From Pseudogymnoascus verrucosus (Eukaryota): a stretch of 64,000 nt of DNA. The translations under genes and the position numbers were made by a program. Of this stretch, positions 49,164 to 63,683 are shown in pieces (the stretch's first letter is position 1; each line of letters opens with the position of its first letter). The notes under the pieces were generated by a model. It did not search any database, was not told where the DNA came from, and saw nothing but the letters and a program-made list of their open reading frames with translations. The stretch is from assembly GCA_001662655.1 (NCBI GenBank), contig KV460270.1, one strand, 5' to 3'.

Positions 49164-50563
49164 TCATTCAAGCACGGCAGTATCGACATCCTCTACTCTC
49201 CACATATACCACATAAACACGCTCCTGCGTAACAGCGTTAGTAAGGGCACACGTTTTTTCTTCTTGTTTTTTTTTTCGTATACTCTTTCGGTATACAGAG
49301 TATATAGAATAGTAAACGTACCTATACGGCGCGAATTTCTCGGCCATCTCTAGCATATCTTTTTCGGACATGTATTTCCACTTCCCCCCTCCCTTGGCTT
49401 TGAGTTTCGAGATGTCCCGGCCGGCGAGGGATGCCATGCCTCTCCTATTTCTCTGTCAGCGCCCCATCACATGAACCCCTTTCCTTCCCCCTTTCCCTGG
49501 GCCAAAAAAAAACAGAAGGATATAACTCACTGCACCCCCAAATCCCCCGTCGAAAAAACATCCAACCTCTTCAACCCAAAACAAGCAAACATCTCCACCG
49601 ACCACTTCCCCAGCCCCCTCACCGCAATCAACTTCTCAAACACCTCCTCATACGCCCCCTCCACCAGCATCTCCGCCGTCAGCTCCCCGCTCGCGAATTT
49701 CTCGGCAAGGCCTTGGATGTACTCCGCTTTGCGCTGCGAGAGGCCTGCTGTGCGTAGCGTTTCGAGGGAGGTGGTGGAGACGGCTAAGGGGGTGGGGAAG
49801 ACGTGGAGGGAGGCGTCGGGTTCGGTGGCGTTGAAGAGGGCGACGAAGCGGGCTTTGATACTCTTTGCCGCTGCGCCGGAGACCTGGGTGTCGTTAGCAA
49901 GCTCACTTCGACTCAACTCAACCAATCTTGATAAAAGGAAGGAAAACGCACCTGCTGTCCAATAATCCCACTCGTCAAATTCACAAACGGATCAACCACC
50001 TCCGCCAACCCCTCCCTCGAAAAAACCTTACAATGATGCTTCTCAACCACAATCTTCAACTTCGGCTCAACCTTGACCAAATGATCAAGCGCCTGTTGTA
50101 GGATATTCCCCGTCGTCAACCTCCCTCCCCCCGGCCCCAGCCCCGTCCCTTCCCCTAATCGACCTGCAAACCCCTTAACGGGCGACGCATCAACCGTAGC
50201 TTTCGCAGCGAATAACCGCGATGTTAGGGGAGATATCACAGCTGCGTTGGTGCCGAATGGGTCGGCGAGTCGGTCGAGCGCTGCGTGAGGTGGGTGCAGG
50301 GTTTCGAGGGGGCGCGAGGCGCCGGCCATTTCGTTGATTCCTGCTGGAGTAGACGGGGGGTGGGGAGCTGTGGTGCGAGCGGTCTTGCGTTTTGGCGTCG
50401 AAGGGGGAGGTAAGGTGGGTTCATCATCGGTCGAGGTGGTGGTAGCGGTTGGGGTTTTGCGCTTCCTCGAGTTCTTAGGCGGTGCCACGACGGCCGCAGG
50501 AGCCTCATTTTTGGGCACAAGATTGCTCGCCGCGCTCAAACGGCTGGAACGACGCGTTGCCAT
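49164..50563 (-). CDS. MAG1: DNA-3-methyladenine glycosylase (AlkA/Mag1, HhH-GPD)
   Basis: SGIIGQQ|VSGAAAKSI, LRTAGLSQRKAEYI, HhH VRGLGKWSVEMF..DVFSTGDLGVQ, and FAPYR|SVFMWYMWR. Three introns. Confidence 0.92.
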
Positions 50564-51373
50564 TGCTGCGAGTGAGGATTGGCGGATGGTGATAAGATGG
50601 ACGCGGTGCATTACCTTGATGATGAGGTGGGGAGATTGGTTCACGTGATTGCGTGAGCGAGAAGGACACGAAAGGGCGTGATTTGAAATGAGACAACGCC
50701 GTTGGGTAATAACGTGGGGGAACCGGAGTCCCTTGCTCTAGGGGGCAGGCGCGATGATGGGTCAACAGGGATCACGGGTAGGTTCTGTGTCTGTGTAATG
50801 GGGAATTCTGCAGGAGCTGTTTGTTGAAGATTTGTTTTCTGTATTGTACAACGTTGGACGAAGGCTTTCATACATTACATAGTTATTATATATATTCGGT
50901 AGATTGTCCATCTGGAAGCTTGAGGGAACTCTTTTCAGTTGGCTTTATCATCCTCTCGCTTATGATTGATACGACCACCGATACCACAGACTGGTACGTA
51001 CTTTCTTCTGCAGCAGCTGCGGCTCGAGGCCACCCTACACTCCGCGCTACTACATACATACAGTAGCCTCGTCTCGAATTCATCAAATCGAGCGCTTGGC
51101 ATCATTACATTCGTTCAAGGGTGACAGCCTCGCCCAGCACAGCACAGCACAGCACACAAGAAAGTTCGTCATCAATTCATTTCCCAATCCCCCCAACGGT
51201 CGTTACTTCAATTTTATATCACACGCCTGCTCCATCGCGGCGTACAAAAACCCCCCATCGCAGCTACATTATAACCACACCATAACTACCCCTTGCATCA
51301 AAAAGGACCCCTCGTTCAGCCACGACACCCCCTTCCTTCGTTTCGCCGCGGGCGACCCGCTCCAACCAACCCA

Positions 51374-52800
<1,427 letters not shown>

Positions 52801-53835
52801 TACTTTTTTTATTCTTCTTCGTCTTTTATTTTACTTTTAATCCGGGGCAAGGGGATGATGGTGGGGGGAGGGAGTTGTACATAATAGGGGAAAAGACTGT
52901 TTGTATGAGAGAATGAAGAATGACATTGACTGGGCGGATTTGAGCGCACTTTTGACGCTCTGGCTCAGGCCTCGCTGGCTGCTGGCTGGTGGATTACTGG
53001 AAGTGGGCATGGCGGGATGGATGTCTACCGTACCAGATGGGACTCGAGGCCATGAGGATGAGAGACTCGAGTCACCATTCTACTTGGCTGGCGTGTATAA
53101 CATTTTGACGGATGAGATGGGAGGGCCTTCATGGATGATGCGCTGGTTTTTGGGGGGGTGTGTTAGCGCGAGGCCTGTCTTCTTTCTCTCTCTCACTTTC
53201 TCGGGGGGTGCTTGGTTGACGACGTGGGTGTAGCTATGGCTGCGTTTTGTCGTTAGGGATGGGGTGAGGTCATAGCCTGTGTAGTGCTGGGTGGTTTTGC
53301 TCGGCGCTCATTCTCTGTAGATATGTTTATACGAGAATGCTGATGAAGAGAATGTGAAGTAATTGGAAGGCTAATAATATTTGGAACCTCATTTGTGACT
53401 TTTTGTAGATTGTATATATGGGCAGTGTCTCCTTGGCGGCAAAAGCCAATGAGATTGCTGGAATTCGTAAGCATTGCTGTCGAGCTGTAACAAAAATATA
53501 AATATTGTCACTGAAGGCCAGCATCCTTACAGGAAATAGATTATAGAGTAAACACTGTTTAGTTATAGGACGTGATCCCATATACCAATGCGTCATGTGA
53601 GCCAGACAACACATGTTAACAAACATCACGCACCAGTCACCCCCCCCCCCACACACGACTCCATCCACTCTGTAACGACATCGTTTGATTCATCTATATC
53701 TTCAAAATCTCTCTGATCAACCCGATACAATACAACACTGGCCTCCACCACAGTGCCAGCCTCTCCTCTAACCCTCCCCATCCAAAAACACCCCTTCTAT
53801 TTCCTTTATACACTTCTCTCCTCCTCTCCACACAC

Positions 53836-54417
53836 TTAACGGCGCTTCACAACCAGCGAATCCAAATCATCGCGCTCCTTCAGCTCAGCCTCGATCTCGC
53901 GGATGATGGGCGAGAGGTATGGGGTATCCTGTTATGTGTCAGCTATCATCCTTATATCGTGGCGATTCGAGGGCGCATATGTACCTCCTCGGGGGGAGTC
54001 TGCTGCTCCTTTGGCAACAGCTGGTGAGAGAGCGAGCACTGCGGGTGGTGTCAGTATGGTCTGATATGTATGGGTAGTTGACTATGGTGTGTGGTGAGAG
54101 CGTACCTGGAAAGCGCGGCGGAGGCGGAAAACGCGGTCATAGGACTCCTTGGGCGGGAGACGCTTGATGGCCTGGAGAACGACGTCGGACTCCTCGGGGA
54201 TGAGGTCATCGGCTCTGCAGCACAACTTGTTAGTTTTCTTGCTCCCTCCATGACACCCGGCCGGGGCGTGGGATGGCAATTGGGACGGGGAAGTTCCTTA
54301 CCTCAACCCGAGCTTTCTGTAGCCGGCGGCATTGGCGTACCAGTTGGCGAAGGGGGTGAGGAAGCGCTGGAGGAAGGGGCGCTTGAGCACGTAGGGCGCG
54401 AGGGATGGTTGGGACAT
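53836..54417 (-). CDS. QCR7: Cytochrome bc1 complex subunit 7
   Basis: MSQPSLAPYVLKRPFL, NAAGYRKLGLR|ADDLIPEE, RLPPKESYDRVFRLRRAFQ, and PYLSPIIREIEAELKER. Three introns. Confidence 0.95.
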
Positions 54418-54586
54418 GATTGCTGGCAGTCGTCGTCGAATGGAGGATGATGTTCTTTTCGCTGTGGGGGAGGGATCTCGTCGTCGTCGTCGTGGATTGA
54501 CTTGCCACGGGCGAAAGAAAGCTTCCGGATGATGGATTTTGGGACTAGACTGGATAGGGGTAAGCGCGGGATTTCTTGGGTGGTGG

Positions 54587-54653
54587 ATTGGGGGGGTTTG
54601 GGTGATGTACTACGGTAATACCACGGAGTCGAGAATTGGTGGGTGTAACCAAT
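54587..54653. promoter_or_regulatory. Three CCAAT boxes in the QCR7/NDT1 divergent promoter
   Basis: ATTGG at 54587 and 54635, CCAAT at 54649. Consistent with Hap2/3/5 (CBC) control of respiratory genes. Confidence 0.5.
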
Positions 54654-55171
54654 CGGCGTCCGTTATTTTCCGATAATCGTTCTTATCCATGACTAGGGAC
54701 CCCATTGTTTCCTGCTTGTTTCCCACTCTACAAGCTCATACAGTACGCTACAGCAAAAAGTAAACTACCAAGACCAAGCGACGGAACCCGGAGACACAGC
54801 TTCACCGGAAACGACCATACAAAGCCCTTTCTCACTCACCCCCCAACATTTTTGATATCGTCACCTGTCAAATTATACCAACCCGTCCACGCAGAACAAC
54901 CAAAAAACAAGGGACCAACTCCCGCTCTCCGCATACTAAATATAACCACAAATACCCAATCCACCTCCCCACGTCAATGGCCTGCGACAACCATTAATCT
55001 CCGTGTCACAGGCGTGCTGCGTGGGAGTCTTCCCCGCACACCGAGGCACGAGACAGGGCATCCTCCTCTTCCAACCACTCCTCCTCGCCCACGACGACGA
55101 GGCCGCTCAGCTGCGCATCTCCTCCAGCAGCAGCAGCAGTGCTGCACCCCGCTACTCCATCCACCTCCACC

Positions 55172-56489
55172 ATGCCTCACGATCACGACCGCCCCAGCAC
55201 GCCTACACCGATCGGGTCCCACGAGTCCTTCGTCTCCCCCCTCCCCGAGCACTTCCCCCGCGCCTCGGCGCCATCACGCAGAGACACCACCGCTGCCGAT
55301 GACGACCACGTCCCCGCCACAGCCTGGGACCGGTTCATCACGGACCGGTCGGACTCGGCGTTCCATGCGTTTGCGGGCGCGACGGGCGGCTTCATGTCGG
55401 GAATCGTGACGTGTCCGCTCGATGTGATCAAGACGAAGCTGCAGGCGCAGGGCGGGTTCCGCGCGGCGCAGGCGAGGCTGAAGGTCCCGCAGAAGGCGGC
55501 GGTGTATAATGGGATGTTGGGGACGGGGAAGGTGATTCTGACGGAGGAGGGGATGAGGGGGTTGTATAGAGGGTTGGGGCCGATTATTTTGGGGTATTTG
55601 CCTACGTGGGCTGTGTGGTTTACGGTGTATGGGAAGGCGAAGGCGTATATTTCCACTACAGACAGTATGTACTGGTTTTTTTTTTCGTTTTTTTGGTGGG
55701 GGGAAGGAGGGCGTTCTTGTGTTTCCGCGGGGATCCGAGCTAACCGCCGTGCAAATAGGTTCAGAGTTCGTAACTAATTTTTGGTCCTCGATCATCGCGG
55801 GGTCGTGCTCAACGCTCTGCACAAACCCCATCTGGGTCGTCAAGACCCGGTTGATGTCACAAGTAAGCGCGACCTCGTCATCGCACGACTCGCGGCCCCC
55901 CTGGCACTACGACAACACCTTCGACGCCTTCCGCAAGATGTACAAGACCGAAGGCATCCTCTCCTTCTACTCGGGCCTCACCCCCGCCCTCCTCGGCCTC
56001 ACCCACGTCGCTGTCCAGTTCCCCGCCTACGAGTTTCTAAAGAAGAAATTCACCGGCCAAGGCATGGGCGTCCATCATGATGGAGAGAAGAAATCCCAGT
56101 GGATAGGCATCCTCTCCGCTAGTGTACTGAGCAAGATCATGGCTAGCTCCGCTACGTACCCGCACGAGGTAATCCGGACGCGGCTGCAGACCCAGCGGAA
56201 ACTCGCTCCGGGACCCTCAACGGAATATGCTCCCTTCAAACCCCTCACTGCGGAAGGCCCGGCGAATCCGGTCGCGGCGGTGAAGAATGCCCTACCCCGT
56301 TACAAGGGCATCGTGACGACGGCCAAGACGATCCTGAGAGAAGAGGGATGGCGCGCGTTTTACGCGGGGATGGGCACGAATATGATGCGTGCCGTCCCTG
56401 CTGCTACGACGACGATGTTGACATACGAGTATGTGATGAGCCATCTCGTGAAGACGCGCTCGGAGGCGCAGAGGAAATCGGCGATATGA
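55172..56489 (+). CDS. NDT1: Mitochondrial carrier, NAD+ transporter Ndt1/Yia6-like
   Basis: Three carrier signatures: CPLDVIKTKLQAQ, NPIWVVKTRLMSQ and YPHEVIRTRLQTQ. Also GYLPTWAVWFTVY. Intron at 55665-55758. Confidence 0.88.
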
Positions 56490-56919
56490 AAGATTTTTTT
56501 GACCACAGCGGGACAGGATCTGGGACATACAATACCGGGGAAGTATGGATGGGACACATGTAGATATCTAAAGGGGATATGGGGGGAGATTCGATACACA
56601 TACGGCGTGGCGAGGGCCTATTTTCGGGCGGGCTATGACCAGCGGTTTTGGCGTTCATTCCACTCTTGCATGTAGCGACGGGTGGTGAGGTGGATGTGTG
56701 GTCCTGCTTAAACGCTTAAACACGATCCGGGGAGGAGTGGGGATACAAATAGGCAGCAGCAGCAGCGCATTTGGTTTGGGCTGCTGCTGCTAGAGGGTGG
56801 AATATCTGTGTGTGTGATGTGCTAAGGGGACCAAGTTTGTATATATAGAAAGTTCTCCAAGAAATAAAAATAAAAAATAAAAATATATAATTGTGTAAGT
56901 GTGAGTGAGGGTGGGGAAT

Positions 56920-59350
56920 GGGGCAGCTTGTGGGAATGGGTGGGCGATACACACTTTATTGTCGCTGTGACTCCAATACGCCCCTATAACCTTTACTATC
57001 CCCTTTTTTTCATATAAATAACCCCCCCCCCTTCCCCGCCCATCCAGAACCACCCAAAGCAGCCCCAGGAGTCAGTCTTACTTCAACCCCTTCGACGCAC
57101 TCGGGATAGACGCTGGTGTGTACTTTTCATATATATGTTAGCAATAAGTCGTCTGACATAACAATGAAAGGACACCACCGCCCCTCCAGAAGACTCCTTG
57201 AGTGAAAGCCGAATCCACAAGGCTTTCGATATAGTCCATCGTAGCCGCAATGGGATTATGGCCCGTACTGGAAAACACGGCTATTAGCAGAGACAAAGCA
57301 AAGAGGATAGTGGATACCGTAACGAGCACGAGGAGTACGACTTGCTTCATACGCGTATCGTCTATGCAGCCGCTGTCGAGGTGCTGTGCGGGTAGTGTTG
57401 TCGTCGTCAGCGTCCCGTCACCGTTGGTCATTCTCGCCGCCGTCAGCTGTCCCGTCGCTAGTATCTCACCACCTAATGGGTACAGTGGTGTCATCTCAGA
57501 CGTCCCCGACGGGATCGATGGGGGCTCATCGAAGTGCTATATTGTATGAGGGCAGAGCTCCAAATGGGGAATTAACTGTGATCTTCCGCGGCCGACCCAT
57601 ATGTCTGTCGGGTGTCAGTTATTTTCTTTGTGGAGACGGCGAGTTGCTGTTCAGTTGGGTTTTGTGTCGCTGCGTTATCATCTATGCTTGGGATCGTTGA
57701 GGAGGGGTGGGATGACCCGGCTACTACTATCCGATACGCTTTCCCTGTAAAATAGAAAGGTTTGTGACTGAGACTCCCAACTCCGCCTCTGTCGGGGGTT
57801 GGGTTGTATTTTGAGGCTTCTGATGTCGTTAAGTCAGGGCTTGGGCTTGGGCTGGGGGTTGGCTCAGGTGGGTTTGGATGGAGAGGTGGGGTTGAGGGGG
57901 GTGATTTGAGAATCGCTTCTGGTCCTCTGGGTGGAGGTTATCTTTGGCAGTGGTACAGGGCGGATGGAATGGATGTAGGTTGAAGAGAGAGGGGGACGGG
58001 GGGTCGAGCAGAGCTTGTGAGAATGAAGAATGGGCAGGTGATACACGGTTCGCTTTCTGTGAATCTAGTGTTATGCCCCTATAACCTTTACTACCCCTTT
58101 TTTTCATATAAATACCCCTCCCACCCAGAGCCATCAGGAGTCATCAGGATCCATCCATTCCTCAGTCGCTTTTATGCCCTCGGGATAGATGCTGTTGTGT
58201 ACAGTATATCCTGCATCGTACCCATATCATCTGCGCAACCGCTACCGAGGTGCTGTGCCAGGCGGGGACAGTTTGCTGTCAGAGCGTTCTTGTTGTCTTG
58301 GAGAGTTCTTGTCACTGATATGCGGTGTTGTCGTCGGGGTTTTTTTTGTTGTCATCTGGTTTTTCTCGCTGGACTGATATCTACCTTGATAGCGCTGGGG
58401 AAAGGGGGTTGGGGAGGTTATGGAGGACGACTATCTGGTGGCTGCGGTATGTCTTGTAAGATGGTAAGAGTGTCTGGATTGACTGAGTTTCTGCTGGTGC
58501 GGGAAGAATGGAGTGGTCTCTTGAAGGGAAAGGGGGGGGGGGGGGTCAAGAGCTTGTGAGAATGGGATGGCCGGGTGATATACAGCCGATTATCTGACTC
58601 CTGTGTCATCTCCTTGATATCTACCACAGTATTATAATACTGCCCTGGACTTCTTTTGTACCCATCCGTTTACTAACTGCTTCAAGCTGACGACCTATAA
58701 AATCACCAGGGAAAGCTGACCCCTGCTACCACCATACCAACGCGGGCGCATCTTCACAGTCACGTAAAGATTCAGTGAAGCGCACAGCCGATGGCTGCGG
58801 GACCTCGCACCTTATAATGAGGTACTGTGTTGGGCGGGGCTGTAGTCGGGGGAGCAAAAGGTCGCATAGAGCAGTTCACCGCACAGTTGTCCCTGCTCAA
58901 AGGCTGAAGTGTGATATATGCATGGGATCCCGGCCACGGAGAACAGCCATTCGTGGAAGGTGGGCGTTCGGCTGTTTGAAGCTATTTCTCAGCAGCTGCC
59001 TCAGTGATAGTGTTGCTGGGTTTGCAGCAGATGTCAGTAGTTTCCTGGGACAGGATTGGCGCAGTCAAGAGAGATCGCATATACAATTCAAATTTCAATT
59101 GGAGATGGCAGAGATGAAGGCGGAGTCGAGAGAGATTGAATCTATAATTTCGAATTTCGAATTGGAGACGGTAAAGATGAAGGCGTGATGTTGTCGTGGT
59201 GTTCTCGCTGTTGTATAGTTCTCGTCACTGGTAGTCAGTCTTGTCGTTGGGGTCTTGCTGTCGGCTGGTTTATCTCGTCGCTGTTTGGTGCTGGGCGGGG
59301 TGGATGATAATAGTGGACTCTACGGCGGTTGTGGTGGATGGGTTGGTAAG
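56920..59350 (+). repeat. Degenerate dispersed repeat family, cluster 2 (three tandem copies starting ~56920, ~58005 and ~58545)
   Basis: GCTTGTG(A/G)GAATG..G(T/C)GATA(C/T)AC at ~56925, ~58013 and ~58551. GCCCCTATAACCTTTACTA..TTTTCATATAAATA is near-identical at ~56980-57020 and ~58076-58114. GGTGCTGTGC at 57380 and 58249. Tail block at ~58285-58370 and ~59190-59290. Confidence 0.85.
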
Positions 59351-61333
59351 AGTGATCTTAAAGCCACTCGTGTTCATTGGTGATGCTATTGCTGACAGTG
59401 ATTAGGAGCTAAAAGCCATATCGTGCAGATAACAGCAGTATATACCCCCCTTTCTCTATGGCAGTAGTAAATCCCAGTCACAAACCCTCTTGCCCCCCCA
59501 CCCCGTTTCTCCGTTCCCCTTTCCCCTTTCCCCTTATAACTCGCACAGCAGCGACCCTTTGACCTGTCATACTTCAATTACTGCTTGCCCCATTTATAAG
59601 ATGAGATACGTGTCCGCCACGATAATGGGGGGGGGGGAAGGGAGGTGCACACGACAATGCTGAGGAGGTAGAGGCCGGCGCGGCTGTAGCGCGGGTAGAG
59701 AGAGGAGAGGTGGATGAAAACTATTGGGACTGCGGCTGGCGGTGTTGGAGCTGATTAAGGGGGCGAGTCGGCGGGGGTGTGGGTATGAGAGAGAGGATAG
59801 GAGGGGGAAATGGGGTTTATTCTTCTAAAATACACGCTGCCTACATGTGTGTCCCTATGAGATAAGTAAGAGGTGGTATTTCTTGGTGACCGTCACCAGA
59901 GGCGGTAGTGGTGGTGGGCCATTTTTGAGGTCGATGGGAGAGTTGATGAGTTGATGGGATAGCCGATGCGATGTGAGAACTGGGGTCCACGTGACCGTGG
60001 CCATCATGGCTGTTGGAGCGAAATTGAGCACAACCAATAGCTGATGTGACCACCTGGATGGCAAAACGAGATGGAAGAATAGATGACATCTGATTTCCCG
60101 CTTTTCCCGGATATCACATAATGAAATATGTGAGAGAGAAGACACGTGAGAGAGGGTTGGTTTCTAGCATGCATAACCCCTGTCTCTCCGGTTGTTCTAG
60201 TCCCTTGGCTTTTCCTCCTTCCCATGTATGTTCATTAGACACGGGTATGGATAATAGTTTCAATTATGATACATTATTATATTATTTTATATATTATATG
60301 TCTACGCGCGAGTATATTTGATATTTTACTTTATTGCTCCTTCTCCTCTTTTGCGTGGGATCACCAGAACTCTATTAGGTTGGCTATCCACTGTGTATCC
60401 ACTCCGTCCCCACTTCCCCGCGCTGCTAACAACGCAGTATGTAGTGCTTATTCCCAGCTCCCAGGTTGAGATATAGTAGCTGCCAATGTTAAACTCAAAC
60501 CCTACGTCTGGGATAACCAGAACATACTCGTGAAGCCTAAAATCAACAGTCATATCACATGCGGACAACTTTGATGGCTGATATGGAATTGCAGCTGTTG
60601 TTCGATACAATACTACTAATTTTGGCAAAGTAAGTCTTAGCCCAGCCGTCGAACTGCCGTGTAACCCTCCAATTATTCTAGAACATCAAGACAAGACGCC
60701 GTGTTGCAGCAACCACTCACTTTGTCGTCCTAGCACACCACACCACAAACGCCACAAACACCACCCCTCATTCAATATTCCTGTCTCTAAAGGCATTCTG
60801 GCTAAATACCCGTTGACAACACTACCGTCATCGAATCGCATGATGCGGTTGAGTCGAACTTATTGAACATGGTCTAATTTCGACCGGTTGTTGGTGTCAA
60901 AACACACTTCTACCCCTCATCTGAGTCCTCCCCCCTACCAATCACTTTCCATGTCCGCGGTTGAACTTCTCAAAACCGACCTGGGTAATGCGTCTAGGCA
61001 GAGCAGTGTCCAATTATTGAAGCTTGATTTGGTATCTGCAAAGCTTCTTAGTATGATTGATGGCTCAATCCTCAGGAAAAGGCAGATGTTCCATCACTCC
61101 CGGGTGGCACTTTTGAGCTGCGCATACAGGTTGGCTTGCTCAGTCGGCTGCTGCCGCCACCAAACTATCACAACTTACCAGAGCCAGCGGTGAGATTCTT
61201 GTCAACCATGTGATTACACAAACGCGGTTCGATATCCCAACTCACGGCCCGGCTGAAAGCTTCCTAGCTTCCGAAGAACATGAGAAGTAGCAAATATAGA
61301 GTCAGAGTCAAGGCGCTTCACAGGAAATATTGC

Positions 61334-61542
61334 ACCCCGGCACCTTAGCCATTCTCCAGCCCCCCCTTTGCCCGATATTGTTGGACAGGACGGCCTGTCG
61401 GAACTTGCGCAGTACTGAAGGCCCTCGCCAGTTGCATCTTTCCCCGGACCTCTGCCACGTTGGAACCCTGCGTGACCCCTCTCGACCCCATCTTAGTTCA
61501 CTCAGGTGGATGTGATGCAGCGGGTCCTCCTTTTCCCCGGAC
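61334..61542. promoter_or_regulatory. CreA/Cre1-type (SYGGRG) and XlnR-like sites upstream of the sugar transporter
   Basis: CCCCGG (reverse CCGGGG) at ~61335, ~61442 and ~61535, two of them in the context TTTCCCCGGAC. TTAGCC (reverse GGCTAA) at ~61345. Confidence 0.45.
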
Positions 61543-61692
61543 ATATATGGGGCATGCGTCGCCTCGATTTGGGGGGGATCGGATTATCGAAGTTGGTCCT
61601 TCCCTCTAGTTAGGCCTTGCATTCGACAGCTACCTGCACCCCTACCAGTGCCCCAATTTTCATACCCAAATTGATATATTTTGCCCATCAGT

Positions 61693-63683
61693 ATGGTGAA
61701 GGCTCCAGAAATCGGCGCCAAAGCCGCAGAGGACAAGGTCCAGGTTGCCCAGGCAGAGGCACCGGATTTTGAAAAGGTCCATTGGAGGTCGGAGCCTCAC
61801 TTGAGAAAGCTCTATGCCTTTGGTTTTGTCTTGATGATTGCCTCTGCTACCACTGGTTACGATGGGTATGCACCGCTCTCGTGCCAAAGGGGAACTACAA
61901 CTAATCTCTCAAATAGCATGCTTATCAACACGTCCCAGCAGATCAAACTCTGGGAACTGTACTTCCCTGAGGTCTCTGACAAAAATAAGCTCGGTATCTT
62001 GGTCAATATGTTCAACATTGGATCTATCATCAGTTTCTTTTTCACGCCCTACATCGCTGATAGATGGGGCCGTAAGTTTGCTATCACCTGTGGCTGTCTT
62101 ATCATGTGTCTCGGTGGCTGCCTGTCCGCCTTCTGCAATGGCTACGGAAGTAGGTGACCCCCTGATAATTCATACGGCATCCCAGTGGCTAAGAATAACC
62201 TACAGTGTTCATCGCCGGCCGCTTCGTCCTCGGTTTCGGCAACAGCTTGGCGCAGATGTGCTCGCCCCTCCTGCTGACTGAAATCTGCCATCCCCAGCAC
62301 CGTGGGCCCGTGACTGCCATCTACAATTGTCTGTGGAATTTGGGCGCCCTGGTGGTGTCCTGCATCGGATGGGGAACGTCGACTATCAACAATGACTGGT
62401 CCTGGAGAACTATCACCTTCATTCAGATCATTCCTTCTGCTGTCCAGCTCATGTTCATCTACTGTAAGCAATCCCAAAACGAAACCGTATTCTGGACGCG
62501 CTAACTTACAGACATAGGGATCCCGGAATCCCCAAGATACCTGATCTCCAAGGATCGCACCGATGAGGCGCTTGACATGCTCGCCACCTACCACGCTGGA
62601 GGCGACAAGAACAACGCAACCGTGCAATACGAGTTCCAGGAGATCAAAGAGACGATGCGCCTTGACAAGCTGACTAACCGCGCCGTCAGATACTCGGATT
62701 TCTTCAAGACAAAGGGAAACCGCTGGCGTCTGGCCATCATCATCTCCCTTGGTGTCATTTCCCAGTACTCCGGCAATGCCATTCTCTCCAACTACATTAA
62801 CGTTATTTACGAAGGTGCCGGTATCCATGACCAGAACCAGAAGCTCGGTGTAAGGATCCCCAACTTTGGCACACTGCCCATGACTAATATAATGCATAGA
62901 TCACCACCGGCAAAACTATTCTAGATCTCAGCGTCACCATCGCCGCTGCCCTATCTGTCGACAGATTTGGTCGTCGCCCGCTCTTCCTCACTTCCATCTG
63001 CGGTATGCACAATGACCCCTTTCTTATTATTGCCCCTGCTAACGCCCAGCAAAGGCATGGTCGGCTGCTTCGTCTGCTGGACCATAACTAGCGCCGTGTA
63101 CGAGAACTCCAACCTCCAGAACGCCGGCGCCGGCTACGCGCAGCTCGTCTTCATCTGGCTCTTTGGCTGCTTCTACGACATCGGCTTTTCCGGTCTCCTG
63201 GTCGCCTACGCCCTCGAGGTCCTGCCCTTCCATCTCCGCGCCAAGGGCATGATGATCATGAACATCACCGTGCAAGCTATCCTCGCTCTCTCCAAGTTCG
63301 TCACCCCCGCCCCAAAATCCCTACTGAACCCACTAACCAAACCCCAGCCAAACGAACCTCCTCGCCTGGGACAACCTCCCCAACCACTGGAACTTCATGT
63401 TGTTCTACACAGTACGCCTCCCTCCGCCCCCCTTTTTCTATTCCAAGTCAGACCCAGCTAACAATACCCCCCCCAGCTTTGGGACACCTGCGAACTCGTC
63501 TTCGTCTACTTCTTCTACGTCGAAACCAACGGCCCAACCCTCGAGCAAATCTGCAAGATCTTTGACGGCGACGACGCAGCCGCCCATATCGACCTTCACC
63601 AGGTCGAGAAGGAGATCGCGCAGCAGCACCATGAGGATGATATCGTCGAGGTGCAGGCTGCCTCTCTCAAGGGGGCTGCTTAG
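61693..63683 (+). CDS. MFS sugar porter, cellodextrin/lactose permease type (CDT-2/Lac12-like)
   Basis: EAPDFEKVHW..LRKLY..IASATTGYDG, ADRWGRK, GRFVLGFG, TEICHPQHRG, PESPRYL, SQYSGN, DRFGRRPL and YVETNGPTLE. Seven short introns. Confidence 0.92.

Noticed and set aside
2685..50563. DNA-repair gene cluster (IES2, MMS22, RAD52, SPF45, MAG1), or lipid regulon (bHLH, SCS2, DES1)
   Set aside because: The genes are interspersed with many unrelated housekeeping genes over ~48 kb. Chance co-location cannot be excluded without a synteny or enrichment test.
57138..57494. 118-aa TM-containing minus-strand ORF (and 43090-43392 on plus)
   Set aside because: The hydrophobicity is the expected antisense reading of purine-rich acidic codons within the repeat family, and the TATA head points the other way.
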